From Ginkgo biloba (taxonomy: Eukaryota > Plantae > Ginkgophyta), in contig JANKJI020000002.1 of assembly GCA_024626585.2 (NCBI GenBank), positions 67,652,200 to 67,682,637 on the forward strand: a stretch of 30,438 bases of DNA, in the 5' to 3' direction. Both the position numbers and the translations under genes were made by a program. Positions 10,508 through 22,068 of this stretch are shown one piece after another. Positions within the stretch are counted from its first letter, which is position 1, and every line of letters starts with the position of its first letter. The notes under the pieces were generated by a model, which was not told the DNA's origin, did no database searches, and saw only the letters and a program-made list of their open reading frames with translations.

Positions 10508-11749
10508 GCATGTAGAGTTGGGTAAATCAGGCTAAGCTGTATTTCTCACGTCACATTTCTTCTACTGAGTTTAAAGACCCGTGTAAGGTTATGGCTCCAA
10601 AATAGCATTTACAATGGTCCACTTAAATAGTGTTTGTCTTTTGGAATAAACTTAGAATGTGTTATAGCAAAATTATTTGCTATCATTGACAGAAGATGTA
10701 GATGAAAATGGGCACTCCTTATCTATGTTTTCCAGCTTATCAAATATAGTCTTGTCTCAAATGCTTGCAAATGGGAGTGCAAAACCATGTCAAGAGTATA
10801 CCTGCATTGGATTAAGATCTGCAGCAGAAATAAGGANNNNNNNNNNNNNNNNNNNNNNNNNNNNNNNNNNNNNNNNNNNNNNNNNNNNNNNNNNNNNNNN
10901 NNNNNNNNNNNNNNNNNNNNNNNNNNNNNNNNNNNNGACTAATCACATACAAGAGGAGGAAGGAGAAAAAAGTTTGGATGAAAGGATGCAAACAGACCTT
11001 GATAGACTTAATAAAATGAAGGAAACATAGAAGGAGAGTACTCTAGAAATCGAGATTGTCAGAGATATTGATAAAGTCAAGGGAGTAGATAAAAATATGC
11101 TACAAATAAATGATGAGTACTGGAATGCATAGTGAGCAGTGGCAAAAAGTAGAGTTCAAATGTGAAAGCCAGCAATGAAAATGCCACTTAGAAAAATAGA
11201 GTTGACAAAGTGGGTGGGCAGGGTATGACCCAAGTATTTGATGAACTATGAGACTAGCTGGGACAATTCTTTAAAGAATTTGGAAGAGGTTGATAAAAAA
11301 CCATTATTGTTGGCCTGATTTCATTTTAGGGTTCAACAGTATGTTAGGTTTTGAATAAAAGAGGCCTTTTTGAGTTGGCTCAACAGTATCATTTCTTCCA
11401 AAGTGACGTTTGAAACAGATTGGTGGCAAGGCAACTCTGTTTCACAAAAATATCTGTTTGATCTGATGATGAAATTGGTGAAGAGATTGTCCAAGCAACC
11501 TTCTTTGTCAGGTTTTACACCCCAGGATTTTCTGTCTTGGGAAATGGTAGCTACAACTATCTATTCTTTGCTGCTTTGTCTGGAAGAGAGAGATCTCCTG
11601 TACTTCTGTATTATTAGTTGGTGCCAACAGTAAAGTCCTAGATTGAGTTTGAGGTTCTTCGTTCTGAATCTTCTTATTAGGATCTTCTATCGTTAAAGGA
11701 CCAAGAGTGCAAATCCTGTACTTTGTGGTTTCAGCTGGATATAAGCTGG

Positions 11750-13390
11750 CATTCACCATGCTTTGCACTGAGTTTTCAGCTCAGCTGCGAACCACTGGTT
11801 TTCAGCTCGGCCTCATGGGTCTCTGTTTGCATCCTCCTTTTTTTTTTCTTCTATATCTGCGGGCCTTTTTTTTTTCTTTTTCACCACCTTTCTTCACTGC
11901 ACGGTGTTGCCTCACATTTGGGGATTCTGCACTGGTGTCTCCTTTTCTCTTTTATCACTCCTTTCCACAAGCTCTTGCTTGACTCCTCGGCTTCGTTGCT
12001 TCTTCTCGATGTTTCTACGCTCTCCTCTGCGCTTCTTTCATTCCTTTCGATCACTGCGAAGCTGCCTCACAGTCAGTGGTCTGCTTGCGTTCCTCCTTCT
12101 CTTGCACTGTGACTGTCTCATGGTCGGCATTCTGTCACCACCCTTCTTCCTTGCTCTTTCTTCCTCTACTACTGTGTCCCCTTGTGTCTCCCTCTTCTTC
12201 TCCTTACTTNNNNNNNNNNNNNNNNNNNNNNNNNNNNNNNNNNNNNNNNNNNNNNNNNNNNNNNNNNNNNNNNNNNNNNNNNNNNNNNNNNNNNNNNNNN
12301 NNNNNNNNNNNNNNNNNNNNNNNNNNNNNNNNNNNNNNNNNNNNNNNNNNNNNNNNNNNNNNNNNNNNNNNNNNNNNNNNNNNNNNNNNNNNNNNNNNNN
12401 NNNNNNNNNNNNNNNNNNNNNNNNNNNNNNNNNNNNNNNNNNNNNNNNNNNNNNNNNNNNNNNNNNNNNNNNNNNNNNNNNNNNNNNNNNNNNNNNNNNN
12501 NNNNNNNNNNNNNNNNNNNNNNNNNNNNAGTTTCTGGATCTTCACTTGATCTCTACTCGATCTTGCGTGTGTGGCGTCGTTGGATGTGACTGTCGCTGCT
12601 GAGCTGGTGCATGGCTCTGATATGCCACATGTCTGCCTAGCTATCTTCCAGTGTTTTGGGGATTTCCTCTACTTCATCTCCTTCCGTCGTTCCTTGTGTC
12701 TTGCAAAACTCCTGAAACCCAAACTTCGAAAGTCACCTTCAAGGTCTTCGGNNNNNNNNNNNNNNNNNNNNNNNNNNNNNNNNNNNNNNNNNNNNNNNNN
12801 NNNNNNNNNNNNNNNNNNNNNNNNNNGCTTCCTTCTTGACCTCTGAACTCGAATTCTTGATCTTCTAGCCTTTGCCTTGATCTACATGCCATGTGTGAGG
12901 AATGGGTCCCTTCACTTTGGACTTTCATCTATCGGGGTTTCCTGTCCACGGGTTGCTAATGGCCACTTGCAACCCCTAGTCCCTGATCTCCGATAGACTC
13001 GCTTCTCTTCACACAGATGTGATGCCTTCATAAAATGTCCCNNNNNNNNNNNNNNNNNNNNNNNNNNNNNNNNNNNNNNNNTCTTCACCGAGTTATCCCT
13101 ATCAGGATCTATTTTCTTGTCCCTCAGTTTCTCCATCGTGCACACCCTTCCTCCTCTTGACATCTCCCGAACGTCGAAACTCGATACAACACAAAACCCA
13201 TAGTTTTTAGAAGGGCTTTGATATGGGCCCCTAGGCGCCCCTTCCCTCAATTGCTTTTAATCCTAACTTCGGGTTTGCGGGCTTCAAGTCCCCACTTTTT
13301 TTTTTTCATGGCGAGTCGTCGCGTTTATTCCCCTAATCCTCTGATTAACCATCTTCGCATGGAAAGCTTAACTTCGCTTTATATATCTGT
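11750..13390 (-). other. CpG-retaining, strand-biased (purine-rich on minus) segment with broken R/K/E-rich reading frames; probably transposon-derived
   Basis: Visibly higher GC and CpG content than the flanks, a pyrimidine-rich plus strand, TATATAAA on the minus strand at 13378-13385, and partial minus-strand frames 12912-13250 and 12674-12928. No recognisable domain. Confidence 0.3.
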
Positions 13391-13699
13391 CAGGTCCGTA
13401 GGATATCCATACAAAATGTTATTTAGCAAAATCTCCCGTCTTCTGAAATTCCCAAAGTTTGAATCCTTACTTTGCCAAAATTGTGACAAAACTTACACTC
13501 CCACAAGTGCTGCAGGGATGCTCCTGCATCACCGTCCAATATGGAGCTCTAGAAAGACTTATGCCAAAAGATAAACGATTTCATTTTTGTTGAGNNNNNN
13601 NNNNNNNNNNNNNNNNNNNNNNNNNNNNNNNNNNNNNNNNNNNNNNNNNNNNNNNNNNNNNNNNNNNNNNNNNNNNNNNNNNNNNNNNNNNNNNGGTAT

Positions 13700-13921
13700 G
13701 TAACTCTGGTTTGTTCAACACTTAACTATAGTTGACTCAATATTCAACTGTGATTGGCTCAATACAAGATATTTTCAAGTGACTGATTGTGTGACTAAAT
13801 TGTGGTTAGCTCACGGCTTAGCTATTAGGTATTCGCTTATCACATAACTGTGTGGTTGGGACCATATCTATGGTTGTCTCAATACTTCACTGTAGTCAAC
13901 TCAATGCTAAATATGGCTGGA
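13700..13921 (+). repeat. Degenerate ~21-22-bp minisatellite
   Basis: Units such as taactctggtttgttcaacac, ttaactatagttgactcaata, ttcaactgtgattggctcaatac, atatctatggttgtctcaatac and ttcactgtagtcaactcaatgc. Approximate consensus TTAACTRTGGTTGRCTCAATAC. Confidence 0.7.
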
Positions 13922-14348
13922 TATAAATGTCATAAAAGGATTATAAAACATGTTTATAATAATAAACTATGAAAAAATATCATGAAGGTATTACTGAAAT
14001 ATAGACAAAAGTAATATTTGATGGCAATTACTAGTACATATCTGTGGCAACAGATTGCGACAACAACAGTTTAAGCTTTGTTTCAGGGAAGAAAGACTGT
14101 TGCCCCTCATTTCAAAATCACTCCAATTGTTGTTTTTCTATGCCTCATGAAATTGCAGTTTCACAAAAACATAGAAACAAAGAGAATTACAGTTATTTCA
14201 CATGTACTGTCCATTTATCAATTTTCAATTTGTATTGGTATAAGCAAGCTCACCTTCAAGCCTGTTAACAAATGATACTTAATCTGGGAAGCATAAAAGA
14301 AAGAGAGATGAAACTGTGTAGTGACCACTTCCCATCAAGAGAATAAAG

Positions 14349-14932
14349 CTGAGTTACCAGGATCCACCCCGGGGGTCCTGTATCCGAACTGTTTTAGATA
14401 TGGATACGACCCAAAAAATGTGAGCGGTACGACTGGAAAATGTTTCCCAACTGTACCTATTTTGGGTACAGTCGAGAGTCGTTTCTCGGCGGGAAGCAGT
14501 TGGCCCCCTTTTTTATGTATTTATTTTTTAAGTTTTATTCACTATAAAAAACNNNNNNNNNNNNNNNNNNNNNNNNNNNNNNNNNNNNNNNNNNNNNNNN
14601 NNNNNNNNNNNNGTTTTGAGTAAACTAACAACGTCAACCAGGGAATCGATAGAGAGGAGTTCGCCAACCTAAAGAGGAGCCCGAGATGCCCACAACCTTG
14701 GTGGTAGTTGGAAGAATTGAAGACGGTAGTTGGAAGACTCCTACTGGCGTACTCTTCATCTGTGAATGAAGAGTAAAAGCAAATTTAATGCCTCACCAAC
14801 CCTGGAGCAGAAAAAGGGGAGTGTAGAGCACCAAAGAGGACATTATTCAACAGAAGGACCAGTAGAGCGGGAGAAGAGGAAAGAAACCAAAAAGGAAGAG
14901 CGAGGCAGTTTAGGAGGGAAAGTTGGAGACAA
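14349..14932. mobile_element. Left end of a second hAT-like non-autonomous element (other end not visible; cut by a 100-N gap)
   Basis: Begins CTGAGTTACCAGG, resembling the CA(A/T)(G/A)GTTACCAG TIR of the 15099-16030 element. It is followed by clustered GTATCC/GGATACG/GGTACG/GTACC subterminal-like motifs (14380-14470). Confidence 0.5.
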
Positions 14933-15098
14933 NNNNNNNNNNNNNNNNNNNNNNNNNNNNNNNNNNNNNNNNNNNNNNNNNNNNNNNNNNNNNNNNNNNN
15001 NNNNNNNNNNNNNNNNNNNNNNNNNNNNNNNNTATGATCCCACTGTTAGGTGCTTGTTCCAGAACAAAAATAAAATAAAATTTGGAATTCAAATTTAA

Positions 15099-16030
15099 CA
15101 AGGTTACCAGATTCGTAAATCCAAGGTGCACCCCACTCCGAATGCGCTGGTGCGGGTGCAGGTGCGCTTGCAGACACACCGGGGCAGAACCCGGGGGTAC
15201 CTAATGTGATGTGACCAGATAACTTCTTCATTCCTGTTTTAGGCAACTGTATTATTTTAGCAACAGGTTTCAAATCTCAAAGGCAGAGCTAATTGTGTTT
15301 GGGGATTACATTTTTAGTAAACAGAGAGCCTTGTTCGAATGAAATCAAATACCAACCAGCTATTGTTGCGTGTAGACTACTCCTGAAATTTGTGACAGTC
15401 AAGAGGCGAGTGCCAAAATTTTATTTTTATGTTTATTTTTTTAATTTTAAAGGGATTTGGTTGTAAACCGCATATTATTTTCAATCAGATGAGGGGTAAA
15501 TGAAATAGGGTATGCACACCATGGAAGGAGAAGTAACAATGGTCAAGGGTGATACATGGTAGTGGCAGTACTATATATACAGTCACCAATTTTCCCAACA
15601 TGATGATTATGAGCTGAAAGAGGAACCAACGTGAAGAGAAACATAGTAGCCTGTAGAAATCTATTGGCTTCTGTGGCAGATGGAAGGTGAGTGTAGTGGT
15701 GGCTTATTATTATTATTTTTTATTTTCCTATATATATTCTATGTCTAGAGTAATTTTTTTTTAAAAAATTATTGTCTTTTTTTTTATAAATATATATTTT
15801 CTATATTAGAAAGTCACTTGTTTTTTTTAATGGTTTTTTGTTTTGAATTTGTTACTTCGTAACTTTGTAAGTTTAAACTTTGTACTTTAATTTTGATATT
15901 TTGAAATTTGAATGATGAATCAAAATTTAGAAATAGAATCAAGAATTAATTTTTTTTATATGTATATCTACACCCGCGAACCCCCCTTCCAAAAATGCTG
16001 CACCCGCACCTATGAACCCTGGTAACTATG
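15099..16030. mobile_element. Complete non-autonomous hAT-superfamily DNA transposon (MITE-like, 932 bp)
   Basis: TIRs CAAGGTTACCAG (15099-15110) and CTGGTAACTATG (16019-16030), 10/12 match. Perfect 8-bp TSD AAATTTAA at 15091-15098 and 16031-16038. A 13-bp subterminal motif GGTGCGGGTGCAG (15149-15161) is inverted at 15998-16010. An 8-bp TSD with short CA..TG TIRs is characteristic of hAT. Confidence 0.88.
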
Positions 16031-19000
16031 AAATTTAATCTACACCAAGACCAACTATGACATGTTGAACACTCTGTGAGAAGAGGAATTTGAAAAGTCC
16101 CTAAATTCATATTAGCAATCACCACATGAAGAAACTGGAGAAAATATAATTCATGTCAAACATTGAACAGCCCAGGAAAATTCAACATATGATCCAATCC
16201 AAACCACAGACTGTGACTGGAGGTTGCACTAGAGTTTTAATAACAGTGTAATGGAGCATTATGCTCTTACATAAATTCTGCTTTTCGACAAAAAAAACAA
16301 ATTAGAGATCACTCAGTAGAATGACAATTATTGAATAGGAAAAAATAACATCCACAATCTAGCAACAACGATTTATTTATATTGTTGTGAAGGTACTCAG
16401 ACCAACAAAACCACCCATTTCATTTCCTCTTCAGAACTGTAGAGTCGCTATAGATCCACCAACACTAAGTCAATGGTTTAGTTGTAGACCAAATAGGTTG
16501 ATTACTCCCATGTAACTTTGCCTTCTTTTCCACATAGTGTGTAGAGACATGAGATCCACAACTCTTATACAAAACCACTGAAGTATGCTATTGGTTTTGA
16601 GTGAATCTCAAGAGGGATAGAGCTCACTTAAGCATTGAGATATAACTTGAAGTGATTTGACCTTATGAATTAAAATCACCCACATAGGTGCTACTAATGC
16701 TACTTCTCATGAAGGACAAATTTCCTTAGGCATTGTCATAGATTTCCCATGTGAATTGGGTTGTGGTCAATCCTTCCGGTGAGACAAGAACGACTTTTGG
16801 ATATAGGGCATTGCCTAGTAATATGCAATTAATGACTATGGTTATGAATTAGTCCTTAGAGGAGACCACGCTCAGATCCATTAGTGGATGAGACCCAATT
16901 TCATGCTCTAATTTCCATATTCCCAATACAAATTGATGGCATCCCCTATCTTCCTTCTCCATACTCATTCCTCCTCTGATTTTTCTAGCTCACAGATTAA
17001 GTGGCACCTTCTTTCCTCCCTACGTTTTACTGAAAAAGTTGTTTCTTTTCCTAGCCAAGGATTTTATGGATTTGGAAAGCATATGCTTTCTATGAATATT
17101 TTCTCCCTTCCTATATCTATAACAAATAATATTTTCCTTACTAACTAANNNNNNNNNNNNNNNNNNNNNNNNNNNNNNNNNNNNNNNNNNNNNNNNNNNN
17201 NNNNNNNNNNNNNNNNNNNNNNNNNNNNNNNNNNNNNNNNNNNNNNNNTGCATAGAAGAACATTATAGTTTTAGTAGCTTGATTTATGATTAACATATTC
17301 ATCAACGCACACCATATCTATTATGCAAATGGATATTAGAAATATATGGACAAATCTTTTTCATTTAGTCCTTGTATTGTATTGACACCACTGAAAATGG
17401 AGTGGAAATAGGAGTATTATTAGTAGATATCAAGAATAAGTAGACAAAGTAGTGTAGGAAGGATTGAATGCAATCAATGAGTCCACTCACTTATTCAAAC
17501 GACCATATGTGTGTAAAACAAGTGGATGTTGGCTTTTGGATTGAACATATGGGTGTGAAATAACTCTTTAAGAAAAAATTCAAAATTTTTATCATGTGAC
17601 TTGTGCAGAAAATAATCCCCTTCTTGTTCCTTGTATGCATATATCTGTGTGAATAGAAGACGCAGTTGCACCTTTCAAAATAGCAAAAATGGACTTATTC
17701 GAATCGATTTAACAACTCAACATTTTTTTTCTTAATTTTTAATAACAGATTGAACGGCAGGGACTTGCCACGATGTGGCTCTTGTTCAACTGTTGTTCTC
17801 GAATGAAATTGTAAGAAGGCAAAGGAAAATGCATAGGGGTGGCTACAGGGAATCAGTCATATGGATCGAGATCGAGTTAGACATGGGATTGGGTCAGGCA
17901 GAGTGTTTCTTCCATTCGCCTTGGGTGGTGTTCCGCTAGAGTCTCCCGAGCTTAGATGGCAGCAGGCAATGCGATTAAAAACCTATGCATGACGCTTGCC
18001 ATTCTTCCTTGGGTCTATCCGATTCAGAGGTGCTGCGTGGAGCTGGAGTTGGTCTGAGTCAAGATGGGAAGGTCAATGGTGATGGAGGGAGAACACCTCA
18101 CATAGGGAAACATTTCTTTGTGTCATAGGGCATGTGAAACCTAGCTATTGTAAGGGGCAAATAGAGGGACAAATGAGGTGCTCGCGAATGTGAGCTTTAT
18201 TCTGATAGCAAGGCATCGACAGCCAAAGAGAAGCGATTCAACTATAAGATAGAGGGTCTGAAGTGAACAAGATGGCAACAAGGGAAGGAGGTAATCTGCC
18301 AAGGAACGAGTGCGAGCTTCATAGTGCCTCTTCTGGTATGATTTGGACTCGACTAAGAACAGAGAATATATGTTTCGCTTCTATATTCCTTTTTTTTTGG
18401 TTGTAAACTTTTATTGACTTTCNNNNNNNNNNNNNNNNNNNNNNNNNNNNNNNNNNNNNNNNNNNNNNNNNNNNNNNNNNNNNNNNNNNNNNNNNNNNNN
18501 NNNNNNNNNNNNNNNNNNNNNNATATTGTATATACTTTTGCAACCATGTTTTATGGAATATACATGTTGTATAGACCTCCAATGGGTTGTATTTCATCTT
18601 TCAAATGAGCTTTTGAATTATTTTCATTAGTAGTGACTCCTACAACATTTATCCGCCTATACCTTATGTTTATGTTGCAAATACCTTTAACATTGTAGGT
18701 ACATCTTGAAGGCTTCCACAAACTTATAATTTGGTGTCTAAATGAAATGTGAAGTATTTCACTCAAGAATGACCTTGCATATGACATTTATTTCATTATG
18801 CTTCACTGGGTATATGTTGCAACAACATGTAGATGTAGTGTGCATGCTATGTGTATATGTGAACACCTCCATACAACATTTACTTGCATGTATCTTCAAC
18901 TAACTTAACAATGGTTGAAACCTCAAAAGTATAGCAAAGTTCTTTATGGCCAAGTACAACCGTATTTTTCTATATTTAGATTTATAGAGGATTATTTTTA

Positions 19001-22000
19001 TTATATATACAAAAAAAACATTGTATATCTATTATAATAGCTTACCATAAATTTATGTATAACATATGCATCAACTTATGTTTGGAACTAACCCTCAAAG
19101 GTCAAAATCCTAAAATACCTCAGTTTCCAATTAGAAAACGAATTTAGGAAATGACATGACAACAAGAGTTTGTTGAATAAAATAAGATGGTTATTATAAA
19201 TGAGAATTTAAGTAACAAATATTTCTTTTTAGGGGGGAGCCAATCACCCTACCTACTTACGAAATGGATTCTTTTTACTCTTATAAGTGTTATTCCTACA
19301 AAAACAATTACTAATGTATGCACATTTGTTGAATCTTGCTAACACTCTTTACACCTTCAATCTACCATGAAAGACCTATAATTTGATTTTTGGATAGAAA
19401 ATGAATGCTTAGTGGTGCAATGTGTCTTCCTAAAACCTTTAATACATCTACCTCAATGTATATAGAGTACAATTGACTATATCTTCCTATATACATTTTG
19501 AAGATAGTCTTGTAGCCTCCTTNNNNNNNNNNNNNNNNNNNATACTATGCATACCGACAATGCATTGTATTTTAACTTTTGGATGAGTTTTAAAGTATTT
19601 TCATTAACAATGACCCTTGTTAAAACATTTATCTTGCTAGAACTCATTGTGTATAAATTAAAGTAACTTTCAAACATTGTATGTACATTCAAACATTTCC
19701 ACAACTTTATTATTTTTCTTTCAAATGAAATTTTGTTGTACTCTAACAACAACCTTACAACTTCTACAATATTGTGCTTCAGTAGATATATGTTGTGACA
19801 ATTTGTAGGTGTATTATGCATGTTGTGTATATGTTCAAACACACTTGTTGACCCAACCTAACATTCTCCCCTTCCATCTTCATAATGATTGGGCATTGAT
19901 CATGCCCATTGTGCCTTTATATAATTGTACACTCGTCTTATACAAACCTTACGCAAACCTCCTTTGAACCAAAGCCAACCTTCCATGTGTCATCAAATCA
20001 ACTTAACAACCTACTACTACTATGGAAACACATCCTTAAAATTGTTGAATCTTTGGAATGACACAATTTTTCCATATGGAGGTTGAAATAAGTTGTATGA
20101 CTTCTCATTTACATCAACACCATTTGTCTTATTATGATTTGTTGAATCTTCGAAATGCCATAATTCTGAGTGGAAGATGCCACCTGCTAGCCCAAAGGGT
20201 CACACAAGTTGATGGTTTAATATGCTTCCAATGTTTTCTCTTTGTGCTTTTACGTTGTTCTTAGCAAGTTTAGATGCCTTTTTTTTTAAAGTCTTAGTTA
20301 TTAACTTTTCCTTTTGACATCAGTAGGGATTACTCTTGATCGATAACATTATTCAACAAATCATAATCCAAAATACTAAGCTGTGGCATCTCTATTAAGA
20401 ATCTATGTTCAACCAACAAGCAACAAAGTAATATAATATTTTAGATTATAAGTGTAGAACATATATATTAGAAGTTTATTGACAACCAAAACAATTTACA
20501 AATATGTTTTTTTAGAGACAATTTATGCTAATTGGCTACTAAATCTCCATATAAGAGCATTATAGTTCAAAATGAAGATGATTTCAAATGAAGGTGCTGG
20601 TGGGCCTTTATATCCCAAGGCATCCATAAAATAAAGTACAGTAGATGACAATATTATTGGTCCTAACTTTCGAACAATCATAATTGGCAAAGTGTCACAT
20701 TCGCATGTGACATGCCATCCACTAGAATCCCTTTGCTCATTGTAATTGCATAGTTAATTGTGGCTAGGGAATGGGATCATAGCAAATCTCCTTTGGTTAG
20801 CATGATTCAACCTCAAATCATAGATAATGGAATGATAAGCTTCATGTTGTCTTCTCCTACATCTCCTTGGATGTTGAGGTGCAACCGCAATCTTAACCTA
20901 TAATATCTTAAGATATACTCCGTGTAGCACCAATTAAAATACATTTGAAGCATTGGAGCTTTTATTGGCCTTAAGAGACAACAAGATTCATTATTTGATG
21001 GAGACAAGCATCTAGAAGCGCAACCCTTCTCAATAGCTACGAAAAGAATGGTTATAAGCCTATATGAAGGCAAAAGCAAACTCCACTAAAGGCTAAGACA
21101 GCAAGAAAGACAAATGTCCAAGGCACCCTANNNNNNNNNNNNNNNNNNNNNNNNNNNNNNNNNNNNNNNNNNNNNNNNNNNNNNNNNNNNNNNNNNNNNN
21201 NNNNNNNNNNNNNNNNNNNNNNNNNNNNNNACACATCTTCATAACACTATACGCAACATATTTTTTTTCAAAGATGTATTGTTTCAATAAATGTTCATTG
21301 CTTAAAGGCTTGGTAACATATGGAACATTTTCTTCTCATTGGCAAGTATAGCTTTAAGTTCTAAAAGATGATGCATAGTACTAATATCACTACCAAGTTC
21401 TATTTTTTGATTGCATTCTATCAATGTGCATGTATTCTACTTCTCTTACAATAGCATTATTATGCAAACCTTATTTCAATGCATATATCTACATACAAAG
21501 AAGAATGAAAGATTTATACACAAGAAAGTGTATAGAATTCTCTCCTTTTTCCACTATGGCATTTATGATCTTTGAGTGCTTTCTTTGTTCCATTCTTCTC
21601 TCACAACTCCCATGCCTCTTAGAAGAGTGCTTTATTATGTTTTTTAATACATCATAGATTGATCAATTGGGTGCCTATAGAGCTTATTGTAGGAGAGAAT
21701 GTGTTTATCAACATAGTGATGGCTAATCCAATTTATGATCCAATCAAAAGTTCACTCCTCAAATAACCTTGGAATTATAAATCTTGATGAATAATGGTAG
21801 ATGGATGTCCTTCTCATTAATGTATTTCGACCATGAAAGCATATTATTTCAATGCAAGTACATATAGTCATCTTTGACATAGCTTCCTTCATTGCTCATG
21901 ATGATTGCATGCCTTTCAGTCATCCTCATTCGAGTATTTTATGTGCATGTGCATTACATCATTGCATGTCCTAGAGAGCAAATTTTGATTGTCCACACAT

Positions 22001-22042
22001 GCTTTCATTATTCTCACATTCATCTATATGCAACAATTATGG

Positions 22043-22068
22043 ACACATAATCACATGTGATTATGTGT
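22043..22068. repeat. Perfect 26-bp palindrome
   Basis: ACACATAATCACA|TGTGATTATGTGT is its own reverse complement, with no spacer. Confidence 0.9.

Noticed and set aside
10677-11030. ORF containing CQEY, as a possible second PLAC8 fragment
   Set aside because: A 4-residue match with no other family motifs, and the ORF spans a 100-N join.
13700-13921. CRISPR-like array
   Set aside because: Eukaryotic context, adjacent degenerate units, no constant repeats with unique spacers and no cas genes.
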